Assembly: GCA_002811645.1 (NCBI GenBank)
Contig: PDIP01000009.1
Coordinates: 62,001 to 126,000, forward strand
Reading direction: 5' to 3'
Length of the DNA stretch: 64,000 bases
From: Corallochytrium limacisporum Hawaii
Taxonomy: Eukaryota; Protista; Pluriformea
Shown piece by piece: positions 1-11,600 of the stretch (position 1 is its first letter; each line of letters begins with the position of its first letter). The notes under the pieces are model-generated. The model was not told the DNA's origin. It saw only the letters and a list, made by a program, of their open reading frames with translations, and searched no databases. A program made the translations under genes and the position numbers.

Positions 1-1276
1 CTAGTATTTTGACAATAAAGGGCTGTTTCCGCATTTCATCGTTTCCAACATCTTTTAAACTCATATCGTGAAGAATGAGCAATGACAAATATTGGAGCTC
101 AGCGTCATCATATCTTAGACACCGAACAGCTCTCGATACAAGCCCAGCACGGACACAGTCACGTAGGCTGTCGACGTCATTGTCCCCATTGGTCAGTAGC
201 CAGATGATGTGCATACTAAATCGGTTGATTTCACCTTCACTATGCCCAAGATGCAACGCCCTAATGACGCCACGTAGACAGCCACTCCGTACCACTGACG
301 ATTTCAGCCCCTCTCTAAAGCTTTGTTGAAATGAGCCGTCCAGCAACAAACAGATTTCATGCAGGACGCGTATTGTATAGAGCAGCAGATTTCGACTCGT
401 AGAAGTGTTCAGTATGCTGTTCAAATGGGCTAGGATGCCTTTGCGAACCAGTCGCTTTTTCCGTTCGTCATGGCGGCGACAAATGTCATAGATTGCCTGC
501 AACGCTTTGACCTGGATCTTCCTGTCGTTTCCTGGGCGCGTGCACTCTAAAAACGCTGTCAACGCGCCACTCTTGCTCAGACGATGCGCAAACTCCCGAT
601 TTTGTGCAATAGTTGCCAGAGTTGTAACTGCTCGCAGTCGCTCCGCTTCGATCTCACTTTCTGTTGCTTCTTCGTTAAGGACGGTAGTTGGGTTCTTGAC
701 TATTGCAATGATATGAGCAAGTTCTTCTGGTTCTGCTGCGCGGTCAATGAGCATGCGGAGAGCACCACGTCGCAGGGCAACGTTGGGACTTGTAGTCAGA
801 GCCGCAAGAGCATCCATTGACACTGCAGCTTCCAATGCCTTAATATCTAAGGCACGCTCACGACTGACGGTATGCATGCCACCGTTTCTCTGTCTACCAG
901 GTATTGCAACCTGTGATCGCAGTCCCATTTGCGTCTCCGGTTCACGATCTGATTCATTAATCATTTGTAAGCTCGCAGACGTGTGGTCGAAAACCAAACT
1001 ATTTCTCAGCGAGTTTCCACTTTCTCCAATGCGAGCATTTTCTGTTGAATCATGAACAATGTTTCCTGACGGTTGAGGTCCACGATGGCTATCCCTTACT
1101 ATGTCCACAAAGCTATAGAGGCCACTCCTCATCTTTTCGCTTAATTCGTTTGGTGATAACCATGTCGAAAAGGCGTCGGACGTTACAAGATAAGTCCCAA
1201 CTCCTGTAACAACTGCTGCAGCCAGTACTAATCCAAAAGATTCTGCCGTAGTCACCGCGCTAGTTTTTGCAGACAT
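1..1276 (-). CDS. ARM-repeat protein with N-terminal hydrophobic anchor; 3' end runs off the window
   Basis: Not in the ORF track (no stop in window). Manual translation from ATG 1276 (accATG) is open to base 1: MSAKTSAVTTAESFGLVLAAAVVTGVGTYLV (TM-like), then ARM-like helices such as LSKSGALTAFLEC, KRLVRKGILAHL, VVRSGCLRGVIRAL, CVRAGLVSRAVRCL. Confidence 0.7.
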   Translation of the reverse strand, partial: MSAKTSAVTTAESFGLVLAAAVVTGVGTYLVTSDAFSTWLSPNELSEKMRSGLYSFVDIVRDSHRGPQPSGNIVHDSTENARIGESGNSLRNSLVFDHTSASLQMINESDREPETQMGLRSQVAIPGRQRNGGMHTVSRERALDIKALEAAVSMDALAALTTSPNVALRRGALRMLIDRAAEPEELAHIIAIVKNPTTVLNEEATESEIEAERLRAVTTLATIAQNREFAHRLSKSGALTAFLECTRPGNDRKIQVKALQAIYDICRRHDERKKRLVRKGILAHLNSILNTSTSRNLLLYTIRVLHEICLLLDGSFQQSFREGLKSSVVRSGCLRGVIRALHLGHSEGEINRFSMHIIWLLTNGDNDVDSLRDCVRAGLVSRAVRCLRYDDAELQYLSLLILHDMSLKDVGNDEMRKQPFIVKIL

Positions 1277-1344
1277 GGTGCTTAGAATCTACTGTTCATT
1301 CATTTCTCGCACATGATCAGCATTAAACCCCACCCCGAGGCTTA

Positions 1345-2000
1345 TTTACAAATACCGATGACATGATTGGGGGAACACTACGACTCGTTTTCGAATGCTT
1401 TACTTTCCTCCTGAGTAGATATTCTGCCACGTTGTCGCCAAAATTCGGACTCTATGGTCAAAAATCTTTTGTAGCACCAATCACAAGCCGAGCATCTGAA
1501 GCAACCCCCTAAGATATTGCATAAAGGCCAGCCAGCCTTTTCAGGTCTATCCCTGGACGTTGCCTTGCGTCCGAATCTCTTTCTCGCGCGCCCCCTGCAA
1601 GCACCCATCACTTCGAGTCCGCAACCACCGCGAAATGGAACCCCCTCCGCTTCTTCCTTTTTCCCGAGGGTGTTATCCTCTGGACCTTTTGCTTCCACCT
1701 TCTCGGGCCCCAATTCGCCCATTGTGCGGCTATTACGCCGCGATGTCTTTGACTGGGTCCCTCGGTGGCCTCCTGTGTTTCACTGGGAGAAAGCGGGAGA
1801 AATTGTCATTCCACTCTGGCAGTGCAGGCTTTGGCTGGGCCGTACCCGTCTAACTTCCACGCCTCCCCCCCCCCCCTTGCCTCCACCTCGGGGCGGAACG
1901 GTGGAGCCCTCCCGTGCTCGGCCCCTGCGTGCTGCGTGGTGGCAATTTTGTATGCACAGGCATACCGCAGGGGCAAGGGGGCAAGACTATGGCCTGGGAG
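1345..2000 (+). mobile_element. Decayed Ty3/Gypsy pol relic (RT to RNase H)
   Basis: In order across frameshifts: TDDMIGG (1354; YxDD-like), LRLVFECF, PQPPRN/LRFFL, PIVRLLRRDVFDW (1718; cf. PLxxLLKKDxFxW), PPVLGP, ILYAQAYRRGKGARL (1945; cf. LYTDASxxGxGAxL). Confidence 0.5.
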
Positions 2001-2196
2001 ACCCCCAGGCGCAAATGGGCCAGCACACGGCGGTATGGGGGGTTCGGTGACTCTCAAACATGGACACGAAGCCAGCGGTTCCAAGGCGGGCATTAGGGTT
2101 GTCTCATCACAATGGTATTTGAGAGTTACGCTCATCACATATCTGTTAGTACTCACACATGCTAGGTATCATGTGTAGTAGGTCAAAAAGGACAAA

Positions 2197-2502
2197 ATGG
2201 TTCAGCCAACTAGGGCAGCGGCAGTCAAAATGGGCCCGATCCGGTCACGTACCGGGAGGCGCTTGCCCATGAAACTGTCTGAGGTGACGCTTCCTTCAGC
2301 GCGGCGTACTATCTCGGGTGAAACTTGCCAGGGAGAATTGATGCGCTATTTAAACTGTTTAAAGAAACATGACTTTGCAGAGGGACCATGCGAGCGAGAA
2401 GGTGCGGAATTGACCAATTGTGCCAATCGAGCCAACATCAAGATTTCCAGGGATCAATCCAGCATGGGTCACCTGATGAAGCAATTTTCCAAGCCGAGAT
2501 AG
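2197..2502 (+). CDS. CHCHD1: Twin CX9C (CHCH) protein, probably mitoribosomal mS37 (CHCHD1/Mrp10)
   Basis: Basic N-terminus, then CQGELMRYLNC and CEREGAELTNC twin CX9C motifs; 101 aa; aaaATG context. Confidence 0.75.
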   Translation: MVQPTRAAAVKMGPIRSRTGRRLPMKLSEVTLPSARRTISGETCQGELMRYLNCLKKHDFAEGPCEREGAELTNCANRANIKISRDQSSMGHLMKQFSKPR

Positions 2503-2623
2503 AGAGATGCTTTTGGATTATTTCATGACAAAAACACCCACGTATATCGCATAAAGAATACTTTACAACTGATCGTAGATATGGACAGTTTTGCTATTTA
2601 TTTGCATTCCCTCTAGAATTCAT

Positions 2624-5600
2624 TCATCGAGGTGTGACGTTTTGTAAGTGCTTCTCCCGATTAAATGCCACGACTGAGACTACCACCTGTTCAAGGATGG
2701 CGTCCAAGATTTCAATGACACCAATGTGTGTATACTTTGGAATGCTCTCCCTGGCGTTCTCGAAGCCGAGCTTTTGCAGAATCCATTCCACATCGGGCGT
2801 GGTGAAGTTGCCAACAGCCAGTGTTGTAAGCCGTATCTTTGGATCCAAGCTGTAACTTTCCACAACGTATGTCTTGGGAGGACCGGTAAGTGGATGAGCT
2901 CCACCGATGGCACCATCATCCATGGGACTATAAGAAGTACTGGAGGAGCCACCAGGACTGGAGCCTGAACTACCTTTGCCTTTGGAAGGCGGCAGTTCTC
3001 GCGGGGAGGGCGGTTCAGAATCCCTGGCGCGAGGCGACAGACCAACGTCTCTAGAGTACTTACGCGATGCCCGATTGGCCATTTCTTTCTCATTCGCATT
3101 GATGTAGAGACGGATAAGGTTGTTGATGAACATGTAGAGACCAATATCACCACTAACCAATAGAGGTCCTTCAAATTCAGTATTGAACTTGATGTAGATG
3201 CGGTGACTGTGGACGCGGCTATTGCTGCGAAGCGCCAGGTGACTAGGTGGCATCACAAAGATCTTGGTCGATGTGACATCCCGCTGCAAGACGCGCAAGA
3301 AATCAGACACAGGTACTTCCGATTCTGCAAGGACTTCGGGGTATCGGCACTCCATTTTACGTACAGTAGCACTAGGAATATTACCGCCAGCGCCTGCATC
3401 GTTCTCAACAGGATCGACTCCAACAGCTGCGCGGAGGGCAGTCTCAATCCATATACCGTCATCTGTTGCGACAGTATTGCGACTGAAAGACAGACGATAG
3501 TTCAGGGCACTGAAATTAGAAAAGACTGGGTTGGACATTGTCTCCTGGAACATTGCCAGCATAAAGTGACCACCTCCAATTAGAACTTTCGCTGTCCAGA
3601 ATTTCGGAGGCCGGGGACCGAGGTCTGACTTGCTCTCTGACTCCTCCTCTCTGAACACGTTCGGCGAGCTCGTCGTACGCCCACTGTCGAACATCTCCGC
3701 GAAGCTTGTTTCGAATCGATGCTTCTCCTCCTCGTACAGTACTGTGATCTCATTGGATAGAGCCATAAGCGATGGCAAAGTAGCTTTCGATACAGCAACA
3801 TCCATGCTTGCCGTATCAATGATAAGACGAGCCTCCGGGATCGCCGTCTCGCTGAGATCGTCGAATCCCAGGAACCGTGCTGAAAACTGGAGGACATCGG
3901 CAACGACGACACGATCCCCGAAGTATCGCAACATTGCCTGCGTGCTATGAGCATGTGCCGATGCAAGCACACGATGAGCACGCTGTTCATCATCCCGTCG
4001 AGGGTGCAACATAACGATTCCCAGTGCCGAATGCTCCATAGCCACGTAGCCAGTTAGCAAACCTTCTTCAAAGGAAAGGCTGAAGCTCTCACAATGCACC
4101 TTGTGTGACATTTCAAGGTAGGATCCTTCTGGGCCCATGAACGATGTCAAACTCAGCCGATCGATGTGAGCCATGGCAGCGTTCGAAATTTGTCCCAAAT
4201 TGGTATTGACTCGGAAGGTATCAATAACAAAGAGAAATCTCGAGGTAATACGTCTGTACAGAGGAATTTTCGTCTTTCCAGGTTGACCTCTTGAACCAGA
4301 CGTGTCCAACACCGGCACGCTCAAAATGGACCTGCGACGGCGGAGAGTGTATAAGTTACCTCTTGAGGAAGAAACCGCCATCTGCGGGCGTCCAGACATT
4401 CTGGGGGATGTTCGCAGGTCTCGCGTGCTTCGTGACATCCAAATCTTCCGGAATGCCTGCACTTCATCAAGCTGCCTAACACCAAAATCGACAGACACGA
4501 ACCCGATAGAACTCGCCATGCTGACCACATCGCCTGCCCCTTCAGAGCTCGATGTAGACATCTGAAAGCGTATGTTTTGGACACTAATCTCCACGCCGCT
4601 CTTTGGGCTGTACTCGTGATTGATGCTAATCTTGAACTCGTCAATGAAAAAGTTCAACACAGTGTAAGGGAGCAGCGCCTTAGGACGAGAAACAGATAAG
4701 TCTACTGCCCCTGATTGGGCCGTTAGCAATAAATCAAGCGCCGGAAACAAGATTTCAGCACGAACGTGACTCAGAGGAGCACTCGAGAGAGTGACTCGCA
4801 TTTCAGGCACATGCAAAATAAACATGATGTCATAGTCCTTTTCATAGGCGCTCTCATCCAACTCCAGGGTCCAGTCTTCATCTCTCTCCACATCGTCCTC
4901 CTGCTCCAATTTTCTTTCCTTCAAACTTGGTTGCTCCACATGCTTTGGTGGGGTTTTGTGTTCCGAACCTTTTGTGCGCTCAAAGTTATGAGACGCTGTT
5001 TCAAAGAACGTGAGAATGAATGGATTCACAAATATGTCAGAGTCAGCTTGATAGAACGCGATTGACACTGCAACTTTACGTTTGTCGACAATGCCGGTCT
5101 TCTTGATTGCAGACAAATGGACACTCACTGTTGCACTTGGTATCGGGATCCTTGTGACCTTCAACTCATCTGGTCCATCGGTATAGAGCGGTCGAGGCCT
5201 TTGTGAATACTGCGGATGTTCACCAAGGTCTGTCATTTTTGCGAGATAGTTCTCAGGATGGAGGAGAGCAAATCCAGGATCAATGGCAATTTTCACATCG
5301 ATTGCAGTCTCCGATTCACGAGTGTCTGTCGGAATGAAGCCCTCCAGATTGCGACGCAAGCTCTCGAATGTAGAGATGCCTTCGTCTTCATCATCTGAGT
5401 CCTCCGGTTCCTCTGCTTGCATGGCATTTGCGCGCAAGACCTTTTGAAACGAATCCAATGTGGTCATGATCATTTTGTAGTGTGAACCAATCTCCGTATC
5501 AATATCTAGCTGGAAACCTTGCATGTACCATGACAGCGCATATGCAAGTGCAGTGCGGGCCTTCTTCCGCACATGCTTCCGGAAAATATCCAGTCGGCCT

Positions 5601-8600
5601 CTTGGAGCACTGACAAAATTGATCAGCTGCCGATTAAGTGGGAACCAAGCCTTGGATCCACTGCCATGAGCTGCATCAGCCATGATAGCGGCGCGATCAA
5701 ATTGAGCAAGTACGGATGTTTCGCCGTCTGTCGACACCTGTACTCGATCCAGTGCCAGTTTCACAGCCGAAACTGTTTTTCTGTTCGGATCCTTGATGTC
5801 CGTGGTCAGAGCGATACCAAGCGCCTTGATTTCCAAATGGACATATGTCTTCTCGGACTGTTCAGAGTTGACGTCTCCGGCCGCCTTCGCAGACCATTTG
5901 TCTTTCGGCCTTTCCTTGCCGTCTTTCTGACCTGCCTGGGCAGTTCTACTGAACTGAATAAAGACATCCGTATCAATCTTGCGCCAGCGAATCAGAATCA
6001 GACTCAGACAGCTTATCAACTCCCTCTTCACTACAACGTCCAAATCACGCAAAAGGACAAAGAGGCCTTTGCGCTCATGCTGAGCCAAAAAGTCTTGTCC
6101 CACGGAGATCGGCACAGCAACACGTAGATCATCCTTGCTGTTTTCGTGGTCAGTTTCTTCTGAGCCACCGTAGCCACTTGTGATAATACCTTCGCCTTTG
6201 ACATTGAAGAAATGTTTAGTCACCGTAGCAGAGTCATCCGTGCTCTTCAGATAATGACCGGTGACATGGTCTAATCCAACTCTCATGTTCACATTGGCTG
6301 TCGTGAAGCTATACATCAAAGACTCCACTTCCAGGGTGACCGAGAAACGTGAACGGAGGGTTCGTTGTCCCCGCAGATCCTTCTCTACGCTCGGTGCTGG
6401 AGCATGAACAGGAGCTGCCTGTTTACTTGATTTCCTCGGATGGTCATCACCAGCAACTGCTCTAATATCATCCAAGAGAGGTAACACCGCAAGGTACAGA
6501 ATCTTGGCATTCTCCAAAGAATTTGTGGCGTTGATCTTTGGACATGAAATCGTCATGAACCCCTCATCACCACGTTTCATTGAGATGGCTCTCTGCATAA
6601 TGCCATGAATTGATGGTAAGGGCAGCACAACATCATCAAGTTCCACCCCGCTATCCATGGTGAAGGCGTCCTCGGATTCCAAGTCAAGGTCAATCGCCTC
6701 ATCAAGCATCACATTGGAGATAACTTGCACGCTATGAGAGGCCAGATTGAACCAGAGCGCCTCGGAGGTATGTACATCACCAGCCCAGTACCTGAATTCT
6801 TCTGCTTTATATCGAATGAGCAAAGGACAACGGGACCCAATCTCGATATTTAAGGCATGGAAGACAAGATTCCGGACGGTCACAGAGGGCATATTCTGTT
6901 TTGGCTCTGGCATACTCTGTGGCTGAGACGCGGATTGACTGTCTACAGGTACCTCCGACTGTGCTTTCTTTGGCAGATCGCTCGCTCCGAGAGCTGACCG
7001 AATGGATTCTACGGCATTATATCCATGATGAACCTCTTGAATTCCGTACGGCACATCAATGTCTAGACCTAAGCAACTCATCAACTTGTATGCCTTTCTG
7101 GCACCCATATCCCTGTGTACAAAGATCAAATCAGACAACGTTGCCATAAACACTATCGTCCACTGCATGTCTGATTTGGTTTCGTCGACAAGCTTGTCAG
7201 CAACACCACCTCGCCGCACTAGTTTGTCGCTGATCATAAAAGTAATCTGCAGACGTGGAACAGAGAAGTAGACCATGAGACGGCCATGTGATCCTCCAAT
7301 GGAACAATTCAGATATATGCTACGAGTGATCAGATGCATCAGCGCAGTACGGTACCGGTGTGACAGCTGAATGCAAGATATGGCAACGGAAACATCAATA
7401 CACCAGCGACCTTTGTAAAGCTTGTCCAAAAGACCATCCTGGTCTTCCGCCTTTTTCCAAGTCTGGCCTGCCGTGGATTTTTGCTTTTGTTTATGCTTCG
7501 AGAGCTGGCCGGTCACCGAGGTTGAGACTTTGAGCAGTGCCGATAGAGACCTCAAACTGATCCCTCCACATGCAGCAGTTACAACACCCTTACCACCGAT
7601 TCCCTCCGAGCTAATGCTCCGGAACTTCGTTCCCTTGCCTCTACAAGTAACATAATCAACTGCAACCAACGGCTTGCGAAGGCCTTTCTTGCTGATTGTA
7701 ACAGCTGTAAGGCTCCCAAGGTTGCAATCAAGTGAGTAAGTCTTCGTTGATTTTCCATGGTGAGGATAGTGCTCAGCGATCAGTCGTTGACCAGTGAATA
7801 TGTCACTGATCATTGACACAGTCTGGATCTCTTCGTAGTCTGCAAAATTTGCGTTGTACCAGCCCTCCAGGGTACTATCAAAATGGAGCCTTGTGATGTC
7901 CACGTGCTCATCTTCAAAGGTTTGTCGAGCCGGGACGCGCTTCTCTGACACTGTTAAGTTGTCAGCAACAGAAGTCTGTAGGAAAAGAGCAATAATCCAA
8001 TTGGGATCCGAACGACATTCTGTCAAGAAATCCACATCAGCATCTCTGACCTCCGCCCAGCCAGATGCATCCAATGTTTCTACATAGTTTGCGCCGTGAT
8101 AAAAGAGTCGGCGATGGATGGACTGCATCTCTTCGTGCATTTCTTTGGACTTGGTCACAATGGTGGCAATTGCATCCTGCCAAGCCATCACAGCATCCAC
8201 CAATGGTTCGATTTGCCCAGAAGAGGGCGTACGGAGCCGCACTTCCGGAATTTCTATCTTGTACTCTTCGTTGAATTTGGCCTCACCCTTGACCAATTTT
8301 ACATTAATGAGGTCAATCTCCGCATTCTGTTTTGCTCCAGTGACAGCATCAACAGCACGCACCTGAACACGACCGACTTGAAGGTACGAGAAGTCAATAA
8401 GGCGACGGGTGCCATACTTCCACGGGCCCTTTTCAGAGAATTGGTCTCCAACAATAACACCGCCTTCCAAGAGAGGCCTTTCAATGTACAATTCACCGCC
8501 TTCTTGTGTTTTCGCGTCGAGTCCAATGTTAAACAGAGAAACTTTGAACAGGAGAGAGCAGGGCTCACCGTGATTCTGTGAAGCCGACGCATATGAGGTA

Positions 8601-11600
8601 TCATCTCGGCTAGATCGAGGCTGAGATTCTTCGTCTAGTACACCAGTTGAACCGATAGGGTCCAGATCTTCCCTCCTGTCAGGGTCAACAACGGAGTGTG
8701 CAGTCATAAGGCCGACAGTGATACCCTCTATACGGATTTGGAGGCGTCTCTCAGGAAGTAAATCAAGGTTTCCTTTCTTCCTCGCCACATACTTCCGGCG
8801 GACACTGTCCATAATTTTCAAGGCTGTCCGTGACTTGCCTTCCACAAGACTGGTACCGATGCTTGCAAGCTCAACCAGGGACTCTGGGATAAAGAAAGCA
8901 ACGATGTTGCCCTTGAGAAGAATACATGAAGCAGTGTTAACCGTGTCAAGGGGACAAAGCTCAGGTACGGCATTTTTTGTTGACCGATTATCTCTAATGG
9001 CCTCATCCACCATGGCCTTGAAGAGTTCTGGTGCTCGTCCAGTTCTAAAGCTTGAAGACGCTGACATGGTTGAAATCCCATCCACAATAGAGTCCATGTT
9101 CGGATTCTCGATGAGAAGCTGGTACACAGCAAGACTGCTGTACTCGTGAACGGCGAAGAAATTTTCTGTGAAGCTGTCAAGGTTACTTGCCCATGCCTTC
9201 CGCTTTGACGACATAGTGGCGTTTGTGTCCTCATACTGGTACTCATTGAAGACGTCGCCGAAATCAAGTCCCTCGTCATCCACAGCCTTTGGTACCTGCA
9301 CATCCAACTCCTCCATATTTTCTGCGGCATCTTGAAATTCGCTACTCTCAAACCGCTGGAGTTCATCAATGCTAGAAGCCGCAGAATGGAAGCTGTCGAC
9401 ATCTTCATGAATACTTGATATTCTTCGCTTAGGCAATTGGTTGGCAAACCAGTCTTCACCATTCTCATCTCCATCTTCTTCAGAAACTACTCCATGTTTG
9501 TCATCGTGGATACTTGCAGAGTCTTCGGCATCCTCTACGTCAATTCTGTCGATAGCTGCCATGACCTCAGCTGGATTGTATGTTGACCGCCGAGAATGCG
9601 TTGTTCGCCATTCTGACCCTTGTTCCTCTGGTTCCAGTCCTCCTTGCACGATACCACTGACTCCGTCCTGGCTTCGCCACCGGCCCATTGCAAATGAATG
9701 CAGGTCAGTCTTAAGATGAGAGCCAGACTTCAACTTTTCTCGTCTTTCAAGCACTTCCTGCATGACCCGATTGTCGTCATAGATGTTGAGAGGCAACAGC
9801 TGTTGATGCCAGTCCTGATTGAACAGGAAGTCCAATTGGTTGTCAATGATTCGCTCATCTTCGTCTGTCATCGATGCGCTGTGATACTGAACATGTGGAA
9901 TGTGTATACGTGCAGTCTCTGTCATCCAAGAGCCGTCAATCCATTCTCCGTTCACGTCCTGTCCAAACAGATCCTTGTTGAGCACGGATTGTCGTAATAC
10001 GCTGATGTTGGCCCCTCTAAGGTCCAAAACTGAACGCTCATCTGCAGTGGGAGTCTTTAAGGTGGTAGACTCCTGGGTAATCGGCTGCGTCACGCTCACA
10101 ACCACTGCTGCGATCTCATCTTTCAAAACCAGGTTTACTGACGCAAACTCCATATTACACGTGTTCAACGACAAGGTGTGATAGTCCGTCACATCAATCA
10201 ATGGCGTGTTTTCTTCGTCACTCAAGTAGAATCTCACACTATCTGCCCAGTCCAAGAGCCCACAGAGTTGATCGAGGGTCATGCATCCTATGACATCCCC
10301 CACAAAAACTTTTCTTGAGCAGGCATACGACAGATAATTAGGTTTTGGTCCGTAATTGTAAATCTGTGTCAGGGAGAAGCTTTCAAGGCCACACTCACCA
10401 GAATTCACGTATCGACCCCATGAAACTGCCATGGGAGAAGTGTTCACAATCAGTTCCATACCTTTGAGATCTGCTCTCATTCCGACAGAAATATCATTAA
10501 CTGCCAAAAAGGGGCCAACTTTAGACATCGTTTCCGTGTGATGGTCAACAAGATAGATCGTGTTGTTCTTGGCATTTAGCCTCACATCAATTTCCATGTC
10601 TGGCCCCTGATGGTCAATAAGTATCGCAGGGTCAAGTATCTTTTCCTGACGAATTTCAGCTCTCAGCGCCGGATCTGTCAAGACGGATCGCTCACTGGAA
10701 AAATAGTTTGCAACAAAGGCAAGGAAGATCCTCAGCGCTGTGCCATCGAGCCAAAACTCCGCCCCGACGAACGTCATGGTGTTTCGGAAGCAGTCCCGTG
10801 CTTCCACAGAGTCGTCCAGCTGCTGGTAGAAGTAATCAAACTCGAATCTGAAGGTTTGTAGGGTCCAGAATGTGACATAGTCCTTGTCATCATTACGTCT
10901 CAAGAATCCTTCGGAGTGCCACTCTGGTAGAATGTACGACAGTGCAGAATTTGGCGCATTGATCACAATGTTGTAATTGTCCTCAATGGGATGGAATGTC
11001 TTAAAAGGAACCACCGCATTTACCGTGAGCACGTCACCCGTCATGATCAGAGTCGTATTATCCCTATCATCCTCTGGATTTGGCATGATGTTGGCAGTAT
11101 TGCAGTACGTACGGAAACGATAGCTGTTGCACTTGATCTTGACCTTATAGACCAGTGGCATAAAATATGCAGCACATCCATTGTCTGGTACGGAAAAATC
11201 GAAACCAAGCGCGGTGAAGAAATCGGCTTGGTCTCTGACAAAGTATATATCCGGATCCATCACCGTGATATTGAAATCCCATTTGGCGCATGTCTTCCAC
11301 AGCCGACCATTGAACATGCTTGACTCTACGAGAAGATAAGATGTGTTCACAAGCCTCGTGAAAGGTAACGTCGTTCGAAGATCAACGTTGTGAAGATCGA
11401 GACGAAGGTCCGCAGTGTATCCCTCGTTTGTGATGACATATGGCATTGTGTAGCTCATTGTCGAAGCAGCTTCTGCGAAGATGAAGAAACAATCTTTTGC
11501 TTCTGCAAATTCTTGTGGGATGGAGGCAAAGATGGGATCGTCGATGAGTTCTCCGCGTGGTTGCTCCGCGTGGTTGACGGTATAGCCAGAAAAAGGGACT

